IMG/VR virus record: IMGVR_UViG_3300001525_000065
Location: 45,712 to 109,711 of that record
Source of the DNA: a virus
Taxonomy: Duplodnaviria > Caudoviricetes
DNA: 64,000 nucleotides
Direction: 5' to 3' (one strand)
Shown here one piece after another: positions 10,003 through 19,136 of the stretch. The notes under the pieces are model-generated. The model was not told where the DNA came from. It ran no database searches and saw only the letters and a program-made list of their open reading frames with translations. Position 1 is the stretch's first letter. Each line of letters starts with the position of its first letter. The position numbers and the translations under genes were made by a program.

Positions 10003-12738
10003 TTATGCCATAGCCCATCTGACCATGGAGATCATATTATCATTATAACCTATGGATCCAGGTAACTTTACATCAAGACTACCATTACCATTCGATGTAG
10101 CAGAGACTGATGAAGAAATAGCAGGTAATAGCTGTCCTACTGCCCACTTAATGGCGTCTATGATTTCAGTGGATGACTTATTCTGATTGGAATAATAAGT
10201 GGACATAGTAGACGATGCATTCTGACCGATGGTACGAAGTAGAGCTGAGTCAGCTTTAGTAAGTACCATTTCACCTTCATGAATGGTAGCTATCTGGTCA
10301 TGAGTAATGTAGTCAGAACCTATTGCGTAGCTAGCACCCTTCCCACCATGTCTGCCTTTATATCCTTCTGCCCTACTACTCATCCAGTCAGACCATGCAG
10401 ATAAATTAGATGAAGAGATTCCAAGGAGCTCATAATATTCTGGATTATTCAAGATATTACCGAGTTGTCTATAAACATTCTCTACTTGATTAGCAGTTAG
10501 ATATTGAGCATTCTCATAAATATCACCAAAGGCTTGCAATGCTGATATAGCATCTGATAGTTGTGACTCTGCTTTAGATATCTTAGTAGAATCTCCTGAT
10601 TCATATGCTTTAGTATATGCTTCTTTAGCAGAATAGTATGCAGATTTAGCAAGACCCCAGTCTTCTCCAAGTGTCTCTGAGCCAGCAAATTCACGTACCT
10701 GTGACTCAGCTACTTGCTGCTGTACTGCATACGTCTCTTTCAGTACTTGCAATTGTACCTTCTGCTCAGTAGTCAGTGATTCATAACTATCAGTGAGTGA
10801 CTTAATCGTACTTTGAGTATCAGCTGCCTTATTTAGGTCACTAATGCTCTGAGATAGCTTATTCACTCTCTCTATGGTTTTCTCATAAGGAGAGTCATAG
10901 AATGCAGAAGCTACTTGTCCTATTACTGCGCCTGCTAATGCGCCTACGCCTACGCCAATGGGACCACCTACTGCTCCAATAGCTGCACCAATAGCTGCAC
11001 CACCTAGAGCTCCTCCTGCCTTGAGAACACCACGAGTTTTCTCGCCTTCACCTGCTACGCCTGATTGTGAACCAGTAAAATCTTTTATGCCCTCATAAGC
11101 AGTATAAACACCTGCTAGCACACCTGCCCCAGCAGCTACTGATGACAAAGCACTTCCTGCAGCTGCAGTTGATCCTCCTATCAGCTTACTACCTACTCCA
11201 GTTTGCAGAGCTTTAGTGAGAATGCCACCTTTGCCAGATGCTCCTATGCCTTTACCTAGTAGTGAGATGCCTTGACCACTTACTATTGCACCAAAGATCA
11301 TCCATAACAGATTAGTGATAGGCTGAGCTATGTCTTTAGTCCACATACCTAGCATCTTAGCACCTAGATTCTCTACTGAGTTATTCAGCTTATCAGTGTT
11401 ATGAACTACATCTTCAATTTGTGATACTTGCTGATTGTAGAATGCTTTAGCATCTTTAGCAGTTTGAGAAGAAGTTTTCTCTAGTCCTGCTCGTACACTA
11501 GCTAAGACCTCAGGAGTAGTAGCAGACAAGGACCAGCCCATTGCAGATGCCATTGCACCTGTGTCTATTTTATTAGTTGCTCGAGTGCCAAGACCATAAG
11601 AACGTTGTAGTCCTTCTATGCCTGAGCCACCACGAGCTACATCCATTCCTGCTAAGATTGCTGTAGGTGATCCACTAGTTAGGGCAGCGAATGGATTCTT
11701 GCTAGCTGATATAGCAGTCTTGACAATATCATAGGCTTCTCGTTCAGATACTCCCTCTGCTACTAAGCCTTCTAGTACACTTTGGTATTCGCCCATGTCT
11801 CTAGCACTTGTATTGTACTCAATATCACGTAGCAATGGTTCTAGCTCATCAGTAAGTGAATTAATGACGCCTGACTGCAGTAGTCGACTACCTGCCTCAG
11901 TTTGCTTGAGCAGTAGCTGCTGACCTTTCAAGGTCTGTATGTTAGATTCACTCAAATTAGCATACAAGTTAGTCCATGCAGCTGACTGAGTTTCTAGATA
12001 TGGCATTATCTTACTAGCTATTACATCATCAGTAGCCTTAGTAATGGCTTTACTACCCTGAAGACCAGTACTAGCGACTTTTTCTAATGCAGGTAATAGA
12101 TCCCTAGTAATGTTATAAGCCCTAGATCCAATAGAGCTATCTAACTGGTCAATTGATGATGAGATGATGGTAGTAAGACCTTTATAATTAGTATTGAATG
12201 CAGTAGTGTACTTATTATAATTCTGAGTATAAGTCTTGACAAACTGATCAGCACCATCTAAGAATGTCTTGAAGAATTCTTTTACTACAGTAGTTATGAT
12301 ATCTAGTCTCTCAACTACTTTTTCATCATTCTTGTCTTTCTTATCCTTATCTTTGTCACTAGGAGGCGAAGAAGAAGGAGTAGTGCCGCCATTACCATTA
12401 TGAGGTATGTTAGCAGCTCCACCCCATATCTGAGCAATCTTATCATGAGCAGCTTTCTCACGATTAACTAGATTAGTCAGATATTGAGAATGCTGATGAG
12501 ACAGATCTTTATACATACGAGTGTATGTAGCTTTAGCAGATTTCTCAACTGCACCTAGATAAGTCTTATGCTGATTACTCAGATTCTGATAGATCTTCTT
12601 AGCATCATCTCTAGCTTGAGTTACATTAAATGAGAAGGTATTTAGAGTAGTATCGATCTCTGACTGAATAGGACTTCTATTCTTATCTCTTGATCTATTA
12701 CGATCAACTCGAGACCGATTCTCATCATTGGTTGCCAT
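10003..12738 (-). CDS. tape measure protein
   Basis: Long helical Ala/Gly/Ser-rich protein with a glycine-zipper/TM segment (GGAAIGAAIGAVGGPIG); follows the tube and chaperone genes. Confidence 0.8.
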   Translation of the reverse strand: MATNDENRSRVDRNRSRDKNRSPIQSEIDTTLNTFSFNVTQARDDAKKIYQNLSNQHKTYLGAVEKSAKATYTRMYKDLSHQHSQYLTNLVNREKAAHDKIAQIWGGAANIPHNGNGGTTPSSSPPSDKDKDKKDKNDEKVVERLDIITTVVKEFFKTFLDGADQFVKTYTQNYNKYTTAFNTNYKGLTTIISSSIDQLDSSIGSRAYNITRDLLPALEKVASTGLQGSKAITKATDDVIASKIMPYLETQSAAWTNLYANLSESNIQTLKGQQLLLKQTEAGSRLLQSGVINSLTDELEPLLRDIEYNTSARDMGEYQSVLEGLVAEGVSEREAYDIVKTAISASKNPFAALTSGSPTAILAGMDVARGGSGIEGLQRSYGLGTRATNKIDTGAMASAMGWSLSATTPEVLASVRAGLEKTSSQTAKDAKAFYNQQVSQIEDVVHNTDKLNNSVENLGAKMLGMWTKDIAQPITNLLWMIFGAIVSGQGISLLGKGIGASGKGGILTKALQTGVGSKLIGGSTAAAGSALSSVAAGAGVLAGVYTAYEGIKDFTGSQSGVAGEGEKTRGVLKAGGALGGAAIGAAIGAVGGPIGVGVGALAGAVIGQVASAFYDSPYEKTIERVNKLSQSISDLNKAADTQSTIKSLTDSYESLTTEQKVQLQVLKETYAVQQQVAESQVREFAGSETLGEDWGLAKSAYYSAKEAYTKAYESGDSTKISKAESQLSDAISALQAFGDIYENAQYLTANQVENVYRQLGNILNNPEYYELLGISSSNLSAWSDWMSSRAEGYKGRHGGKGASYAIGSDYITHDQIATIHEGEMVLTKADSALLRTIGQNASSTMSTYYSNQNKSSTEIIDAIKWAVGQLLPAISSSVSATSNGNGSLDVKLPGSIGYNDNMISMVRWAMA

Positions 12739-12771
12739 TAGTCATATATGCCTCCTCTCATTATAAATATC

Positions 12772-12987
12772 TTATTGTGGTGATGAAGTAGATTCTCTTT
12801 CTATCTCTTTGATCTTCATTAGATTCTTAAGAATCAATTTACGTTCATGAGGTGATACATCATCGGTGTAGTCCATTGAAATACCACCTTGAGACAGATA
12901 ACTAATCATCACTTGTTCTTCTATGATATCTTCATAGATTAATACTTTATATGGAGTACCAGAGTCATCAGTCGAAACTGGGTCGAA
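12772..12987 (-). CDS. +1 frame extension of the tail assembly chaperone (G/GT-like)
   Basis: Start-less ~70-codon frame (…YEDIIEEQVMISYLSQGGISMDY…PHERKLIL…) overlapping the end of 12968..13729 at TTC TTT CGA CCC. Confidence 0.6.
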   Translation of the reverse strand, partial: FDPVSTDDSGTPYKVLIYEDIIEEQVMISYLSQGGISMDYTDDVSPHERKLILKNLMKIKEIERESTSSPQ

Positions 12988-13729
12988 AGAACTCAGTAGT
13001 CACAGGTAGTGAATACTGAACCTCCCCTCCGCACTCAGGACAGATGTCTATCCTAGACAGATCCATACCAATGCTATTGACTACTTTCTCATACTTACTA
13101 CGCAGGTATGCACCATCTTTAGCATGCATGGATTCGATATAACTCTGGATATCTTTCTTAAGTACTTCAGCTCCATTAACTGTCTTAATGATATATTTCC
13201 ATCTGATAATGAATTCAGGATCACCTACGTACTCAGGGAATTTACTGAGAATACGTTTAGACTCATTCTGAATGGCAGTGATATCTGATGCACTCTGCAG
13301 TGCACATTCTACTACATCTCCACTTACAGGCAATGTAATGGTGAGCTGCTCATGTATGTCATCAGGTACTGGATTAACAGGTATATCGCTAAGCAGCATT
13401 TCTGCAGTGAAGACATGGCCACATTCTGGGCATCTGAGTTCTACTTTGTATTCAGGTCCATAAGTAGCAATACGTAGCATATACATAAGATACTGAATAT
13501 CAAACATCTTAAGTTCTGCTACGTCTAGATCTTTAGGTTCTATCATGCACTGCTTAATAAGCTGAGGAATAATAAGAATACCATTGGATGATGACAGTCG
13601 TAGCTTCTCATCAAGAGTAGACATAGCACGAAGTGTTACTACCTCTGGTACTTTGAAATCATAAATGTTACTACCACCTGAACTAGGCAGTGTATAGGAC
13701 TCGTGAATACTTACTTTCTTATCTGACAT
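12968..13729 (-). CDS. tail assembly chaperone / baseplate hub assembly protein (gp26-like)
   Basis: LPS.G, D.QYL...LRI.TYG, two CPEC zinc knuckles and a terminal EFFRP; located between tube and tape measure. Confidence 0.75.
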   Translation of the reverse strand: MSDKKVSIHESYTLPSSGGSNIYDFKVPEVVTLRAMSTLDEKLRLSSSNGILIIPQLIKQCMIEPKDLDVAELKMFDIQYLMYMLRIATYGPEYKVELRCPECGHVFTAEMLLSDIPVNPVPDDIHEQLTITLPVSGDVVECALQSASDITAIQNESKRILSKFPEYVGDPEFIIRWKYIIKTVNGAEVLKKDIQSYIESMHAKDGAYLRSKYEKVVNSIGMDLSRIDICPECGGEVQYSLPVTTEFFRPSFD

Positions 13730-13771
13730 AATTTATAACCTCCATTAATAAATTATTAGTCATTTATACAT

Positions 13772-13895
13772 AATGCCTCTAGAGCCTCTAGAACGTCCTA
13801 GGAGCCTCGTTAGTGTCAAGGGGACAACCGTACCCCTATATGCACTAACGAGGTCTAGAGAGCTCCTAGACGTGCTAGAGCGCTAAGTGAACGTT
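13772..13895. repeat. ~120-bp dispersed palindrome, copy 2
   Basis: Same family; inner inverted repeat CTCGTTAGTG/CACTAACGAG. Confidence 0.85.
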
Positions 13896-13929
13896 CATAC
13901 GAAGCTAACTCTTACTAATTGTGAATAAA

Positions 13930-14541
13930 TCAGAGTGAGCTAAATGGTAGCTCTTCTCCATCAGCAGGATAGCAGTAGTCATAGATTATAGTGCCAGTGA
14001 TGCGACGCACACTATTATCATCAGAGCTGTAGTCACCCATACTAAGATTAGAGAGCCATGCACCTTTGATTACCCACTGACGAGCAACTGTACCATCAGG
14101 TGAGTACTGGTTTACCCATGCATTCTTCTTGTATCTACTAGCTAGTCCTACTGCCTGAGTGCGAATGTCATAAGACTGCTTCTGCCATGCCATAAGTATC
14201 TTTTCTGTATCGATACCAATGTAGTCATTGAGAGTAATGGAGCAATCACTGAATTCTGGTACTCCAGCGTACTTCACTGCATTGTTACCTCTACGAATCT
14301 GAATGTTAGAGATGTTCACACTCGGAGGAGTGAAGCTAGATGCTGCAAGAGTGATGTATCCAGATGAAGCAGCTGCATCAAGTGCAGTACCATTCCATGC
14401 TGTCTGAAGAGGAGTGTTGTTAGGTCCACCTAGGTCAACATAAACCTCGTAGTTATTAGTTCTCTGAGGCTCATATTCATTCTTACCTACCATGTGATAG
14501 GTACCTAGATACCCATTAAAAGTTTTGATATCGTTAGCCAT
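13930..14541 (-). CDS. tail tube protein (gp19-like)
   Basis: YEPQR.NN, VKYAG.P.F, Q.SPDG.V.R.W...GAW and I.YD motifs. Confidence 0.85.
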   Translation of the reverse strand: MANDIKTFNGYLGTYHMVGKNEYEPQRTNNYEVYVDLGGPNNTPLQTAWNGTALDAAASSGYITLAASSFTPPSVNISNIQIRRGNNAVKYAGVPEFSDCSITLNDYIGIDTEKILMAWQKQSYDIRTQAVGLASRYKKNAWVNQYSPDGTVARQWVIKGAWLSNLSMGDYSSDDNSVRRITGTIIYDYCYPADGEELPFSSL

Positions 14542-14564
14542 AATTATCTATCTCCTTTCATCCA

Positions 14565-15779
14565 TTAGTCCTCAAACGTAACTGCCTGAGGCTCAATGTA
14601 GAAGTCAACTACGATATCTTCTACTATGTTGACTACTGAGATATATACCTTACCACGGAGTCTATTAGCAGCAAGATCATCGGGAGTTGTAGTAGTCTCG
14701 TCCATGATGATACGGTAGTCAGTTATACCACGGTCAGCCTGAATAGCCTCAAGAGTATTACCAAGTCGAGTCTTGAAGAGTGTCCATGTATTGACCTCAT
14801 TCTGATCAAACATGAGTCCAATACCTACATTGAAAATAGCCTTTTTGATGACATTGGTAACAAGAGTAGTATTTATATTTCTGAATGATGACTGAGGATC
14901 ACCATACTTCATGGTACGCTGACCGAAGATGGTATATCCATAGTTACGAATGTTCATTATAGGATTGACAGGGTGTTTACCACTAGGTACATTATTCTGC
15001 CATGCATCAAGTGTAGCACCTGATATCTCGTAATCAGGATCACTTGCATTTCTAACAGTCATTCTTGATACACCTGCTGGAGGATACCAAATGTTACGGG
15101 ACTGAAGGCTCTCAGCGAGAGTTACTAGGAATACGAATGCACCATCCATCTTAGTTGCTACTCCCATAATTGGTACCTTAATGCTAGGACCATAAGGAGC
15201 AGTCATGAATTCCGATGTAAGCGTAGTACCTAGAGCTGAGTTAGCATCAGCCTGAGAGCATCCATTGTAGAGACCTACAACTACCATGCAGTCAGCTCTA
15301 CTAGTAGCGACTGTATTAAGGTTTGTATAGACCTTAACATAATTGGTACTAAGGCTAGCAGTATCACTAGGTACTCCTGCACAAAGTCCACCATCAGTAA
15401 GGAAATCTACATCATAGAGGAACTTGTCAGTGATAGCCATCTGAGTGGTATCAGTAGCAAGTGCACTAATGGCATCTGCAGCAGTAGCTACTGCAGTACC
15501 ACCTGTCTTAGTGAGAGGTTTGACTAGTAGTGCATAACCCTTAGCCAGTAGACCCTTAGCATAATTGTAGCTTATGAGCTGAACAGTATCAGTAGGAGCA
15601 GTGTTAGCAGTGTAGTAAGATGTCTCTAGCTGATTGAGAGTAGTTACTCTCTTGTACACATCTGACTCACCTTCAGGTATCTGCTTTACTACTAGTGGTA
15701 CATACACAGTGAATCCATTAGTAGCTTCAGTCCTAGCGAATACTGACTCATCATAAGTATTAATTGTAATACTAGGCAT
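14565..15779 (-). CDS. tail sheath protein (gp18-like)
   Basis: W.PPAG..R, VNPI, FGQRT, F..N...TW, RGITDYRIIMDE and N.L.GKVY motifs. Confidence 0.9.
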   Translation of the reverse strand: MPSITINTYDESVFARTEATNGFTVYVPLVVKQIPEGESDVYKRVTTLNQLETSYYTANTAPTDTVQLISYNYAKGLLAKGYALLVKPLTKTGGTAVATAADAISALATDTTQMAITDKFLYDVDFLTDGGLCAGVPSDTASLSTNYVKVYTNLNTVATSRADCMVVVGLYNGCSQADANSALGTTLTSEFMTAPYGPSIKVPIMGVATKMDGAFVFLVTLAESLQSRNIWYPPAGVSRMTVRNASDPDYEISGATLDAWQNNVPSGKHPVNPIMNIRNYGYTIFGQRTMKYGDPQSSFRNINTTLVTNVIKKAIFNVGIGLMFDQNEVNTWTLFKTRLGNTLEAIQADRGITDYRIIMDETTTTPDDLAANRLRGKVYISVVNIVEDIVVDFYIEPQAVTFED

Positions 15780-16005
15780 TTATGTTATCTCCTTTATTAG
15801 AGTTATTGATCTTAGTAGCATCCTTATCTACCTTATGCTTAGATGATTCATTATGAGCAGTATAGTAGATGTATCCTATCTTAGATGCTGATAGAATGTT
15901 ATCAGGAATAGTATCTACTGAGAGATCGATTGTACAACCTGCATGTACAACAGTATCAGCTACTGGCACTGAGAAGGTCATACGATTAGTTATAGTGAGT
16001 TTCAT
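15772..16005 (-). CDS. hypothetical protein
   Basis: Small ORF translationally coupled (overlapping) in the tail operon. Confidence 0.5.
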   Translation of the reverse strand: MKLTITNRMTFSVPVADTVVHAGCTIDLSVDTIPDNILSASKIGYIYYTAHNESSKHKVDKDATKINNSNKGDNINA

Positions 16006-16631
16006 CTAGTCACCTCACTTGTTATGGGATTATTTATATCACCTTTCACTACATGAAGTGATACATCATCAGGATCAACAATATTAACAGGTTCATTACT
16101 TGACTTCCAAAGATATGCATCATCAGTGTACATACCCATGGTTTGTCTGAAGTATTGTCCTTGTTGACTAAATTGAGTGATGTCTGAGTTATCATCTACA
16201 TCTGGTGAAAGGAATACATTGAATTTATGATGGAAGTTAAGCCCATAAGGCACTAGTACTTCAAGAGATGAATGAGTTTTGAAATAGAAGATGAGCTCAC
16301 GCATCAGTAGATCATTATCAAGTCGATTACGAGTTATAACATCTAACTGATAATCAATTCTGATTGGAATAGTCTGATGTCTAAGCATCTTCAATGTTTC
16401 TTGATCAAATGAAGTAACTGCACCAGTGAAGATCTGAGGATGAGATTCTCGATCAGTTATGATGGACCATCCTACTCGAGTTAGATGTATTAGTGGCAAT
16501 CTGACTGAATCATCTTTTACTCGAGACATGAGATTGAAACTCTCTTCAAATGGTACAATGTATACTGAATCATTATGAACTAGTCCACGTAGCTCTTGTA
16601 TAATTGCATCATCGTACATGTATACACTCAT
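16002..16631 (-). CDS. tail terminator / sheath stabiliser (gp15-like)
   Basis: LPLI.L.R and P..IDYQLDV.T......D.L pattern; upstream of the sheath gene. Confidence 0.65.
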   Translation of the reverse strand: MSVYMYDDAIIQELRGLVHNDSVYIVPFEESFNLMSRVKDDSVRLPLIHLTRVGWSIITDRESHPQIFTGAVTSFDQETLKMLRHQTIPIRIDYQLDVITRNRLDNDLLMRELIFYFKTHSSLEVLVPYGLNFHHKFNVFLSPDVDDNSDITQFSQQGQYFRQTMGMYTDDAYLWKSSNEPVNIVDPDDVSLHVVKGDINNPITSEVTR

Positions 16632-17145
16632 GTATCTTCACTACTCCTTCCTTAGCTTGTATGAATGCATCCCAGTACTTATTTATCTTAGGTCTCACTA
16701 CTGCTTCTGCATGAGAGATAAATAAGATAGGTCTTGATGCATCTTGATCTCCAAATTCAATCCATCTAGCTACTTGTTCTAGTAGATTAGACGATCCAGG
16801 CATTCGAGATCTAGGATTAATCTGAATCTTATAAATGGATTTGTCCACCTGATACCATTGCATCTCACTCAGAATAAGATTAGCTAATCGTAGCATCTTG
16901 AGCTTTCTAGGCTTACGGTACCATCTTACCCAATCAGCATTAATGAGATGAGATGACTTAGATTCTAGATAAGTTACATTCAGATGATCCATGACTTCAT
17001 CATGAATAGTACTAATTAACATATCTAAGAACTGAGGCACATATTCCTTATGCTCACTAGACATCTTATTGAAATCAACGATCAGCATCTGGAACATCTC
17101 CATACTCAGTATCAAGGTAATTATAGTTACCAGTAGAATAGTCAT
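16609..17145 (-). CDS. putative neck / tail-completion protein
   Basis: ARWIEFG motif; neck-region synteny. True start is probably the internal MLIVDF. Confidence 0.4.
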   Translation of the reverse strand: MTILLVTIITLILSMEMFQMLIVDFNKMSSEHKEYVPQFLDMLISTIHDEVMDHLNVTYLESKSSHLINADWVRWYRKPRKLKMLRLANLILSEMQWYQVDKSIYKIQINPRSRMPGSSNLLEQVARWIEFGDQDASRPILFISHAEAVVRPKINKYWDAFIQAKEGVVKIHECIHVR

Positions 17146-17608
17146 TACGAATAGGTGATGTCTTGTACACTGGTACTACTAGGCAGGTGAAGCAGTCAGG
17201 GAATTCCATTAATGATTCAATTCTAGTGATCTCAAACATTCTAGGTTCTGCATCTGGAATTGACATATCTGGATTCATTGATACTCGGCAATGAGTAGTC
17301 AAATGAGGAGTATCCCATGGCACCTGCATGACATATGGCTTATCTGTACTGGATTCTGATGACCATCCTAGATGATGCAATGTAGAGATCTTAGGATTAG
17401 TATCAAATATCACATGCATCTCTACTGGATCAGATAAGTCAGTAGGTTCTATCTCTCCATGAATAGATGCATTATAATCTCGTAAGTACTGGTACTGGAC
17501 AGTGATGCCTCTGAGGAACGCCATCTCTTTAAACCAGTTTCGGAATAAAGTAGCATCAGGTCTGGTCAAATTTCCCATCAGTACCGCCTCCATTAGTATC
17601 AGTTTCAT
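17075..17608 (-). CDS. head closure / neck protein (gp14-like)
   Basis: FKEM..LRGI.V.Y, LGW and FEIT pattern; neck region. Confidence 0.5.
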   Translation of the reverse strand: MKLILMEAVLMGNLTRPDATLFRNWFKEMAFLRGITVQYQYLRDYNASIHGEIEPTDLSDPVEMHVIFDTNPKISTLHHLGWSSESSTDKPYVMQVPWDTPHLTTHCRVSMNPDMSIPDAEPRMFEITRIESLMEFPDCFTCLVVPVYKTSPIRNDYSTGNYNYLDTEYGDVPDADR

Positions 17609-18257
17609 TATTAAGTAGTCCAGTAGTAACTTTCTTAGGTCTTCTAGGATGTTTCAATTGATCATTAGGTAATCTAGGTCTACCTGCAGATCTCATGGTG
17701 ACTTCATCATGAGTATAACCTAGCTTATCAAGTATCTCATCATAGTTAGATCTGATGAATCTATTTATCTCTGATGAGATCTTGATCATCCATGTCCTAT
17801 TAGCTAATAGAGCTGCAAGATGCTTACAGACTCCACCTCTATTGTATGGATTAGTTATCTTAGCTGGACGATTCTCAAGGTCTCCATACTTGTATCCAAA
17901 TTTAGAACTGACATATGCATATCTGTACTTGAAGTCAGGGCATGAACACATGACTCTTACATCTGGATTGTCAAATGACTTAGTTACTGCTCGGATGACT
18001 GATTGTAGATTAATAACAGGTGATGACTTAAGTATCTGCTGCAGAGTAGCTAGTACTCCAGTGTATTCTATTGTGCAAACATAATCACCTACTGCTACTT
18101 GTGCTACTAATCGGTCATCACTGAGCAGGTTAGATGTATCAAGTTTATAACCTTTAGATCTATAACTAAGTCGCTTAGCATATCTAAGTGGAGTCTGAGA
18201 TTTTGTTTTACCTAAAATGTTCTTACGAGTTATCTCCACTAAGGAGTGATTATTCAT
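17556..18257 (-). CDS. SWIM zinc-finger protein
   Basis: V.CSCPDF.YR.AY…NP…G.CKHL motif. Confidence 0.75.
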   Translation of the reverse strand: MNNHSLVEITRKNILGKTKSQTPLRYAKRLSYRSKGYKLDTSNLLSDDRLVAQVAVGDYVCTIEYTGVLATLQQILKSSPVINLQSVIRAVTKSFDNPDVRVMCSCPDFKYRYAYVSSKFGYKYGDLENRPAKITNPYNRGGVCKHLAALLANRTWMIKISSEINRFIRSNYDEILDKLGYTHDEVTMRSAGRPRLPNDQLKHPRRPKKVTTGLLNNETDTNGGGTDGKFDQT

Positions 18258-18306
18258 TTATTCTGGTCACTCCTTTCATACATAGCTTATCCTGGTATGG
18301 TATCAA

Positions 18307-19131
18307 TCATTTCTCTGCGAAGTGGAATAAATCTAGTAGTCCATTAATCTCTCCACCATGATCATCTATGTCTGGAATGAAATCTATTCCTAGCTCATGA
18401 TCACGAAAAGCGCCAACATACTCTCTGTCCCATAATGCAGGACCATAAAACTTACGTGTACCTCGCTGGAATCTATGTCTGTTGTCACGATATATATCAT
18501 ATATTGAAAGACCATTAGGATAGTACTTTTCAAGAGCTGCCTTAGGGTCTGTATCTCCTGGTTCAGTCCATCGACGTTCTCCATCAAGATCATGATCTGC
18601 TTCATAATAGTCCCTTGCATATTTTCCAGGCTTTGATGACTGTTTCTTCGTCTGCACAAGACCAGGATCTTTGAAGATAACTGTATACATATCATCATAT
18701 GAGTTGTATACAATTACTACCTTAGCACCTTTAATAGTACTAAGTCTAGCATCAGCATATTCATTTGGTTCTCCAATAGCTGAGCCTCTCTTCCAAGCAC
18801 TTTTAATGGCTCTGTTTGCAGTACTAAGATATTCCTGATCAACATCACTGAATTCCCATGCAGTATCATGATCACGAATAGCTGCATCTGCTGGAGCAAT
18901 GCCTAGGGCTTCTAGTCCTGCGCTAATTACTCCGCCCATATCTGCATCGAGTGCTTTCACTCTATCTGCATTACTCTTATCAGGATAGAGTGATTCTCCT
19001 GCTTGCCATTCAGGCATCCATGTGACAAGAGTTTCTTCACCAGTACCTTCTCTAAGAGACTGATGCATAGGATTACATGATTCCCTAAGTGACCTACTTA
19101 GAATAATTGATTCAAATATCTTCTCTGCCAT
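18307..19131 (-). CDS. putative internal head protein
   Basis: N-terminus MAEKIFESII..SLRES is shared with neighbouring genes. Confidence 0.45.
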   Translation of the reverse strand: MAEKIFESIILSRSLRESCNPMHQSLREGTGEETLVTWMPEWQAGESLYPDKSNADRVKALDADMGGVISAGLEALGIAPADAAIRDHDTAWEFSDVDQEYLSTANRAIKSAWKRGSAIGEPNEYADARLSTIKGAKVVIVYNSYDDMYTVIFKDPGLVQTKKQSSKPGKYARDYYEADHDLDGERRWTEPGDTDPKAALEKYYPNGLSIYDIYRDNRHRFQRGTRKFYGPALWDREYVGAFRDHELGIDFIPDIDDHGGEINGLLDLFHFAEK

Positions 19132-19136
19132 AGTTC

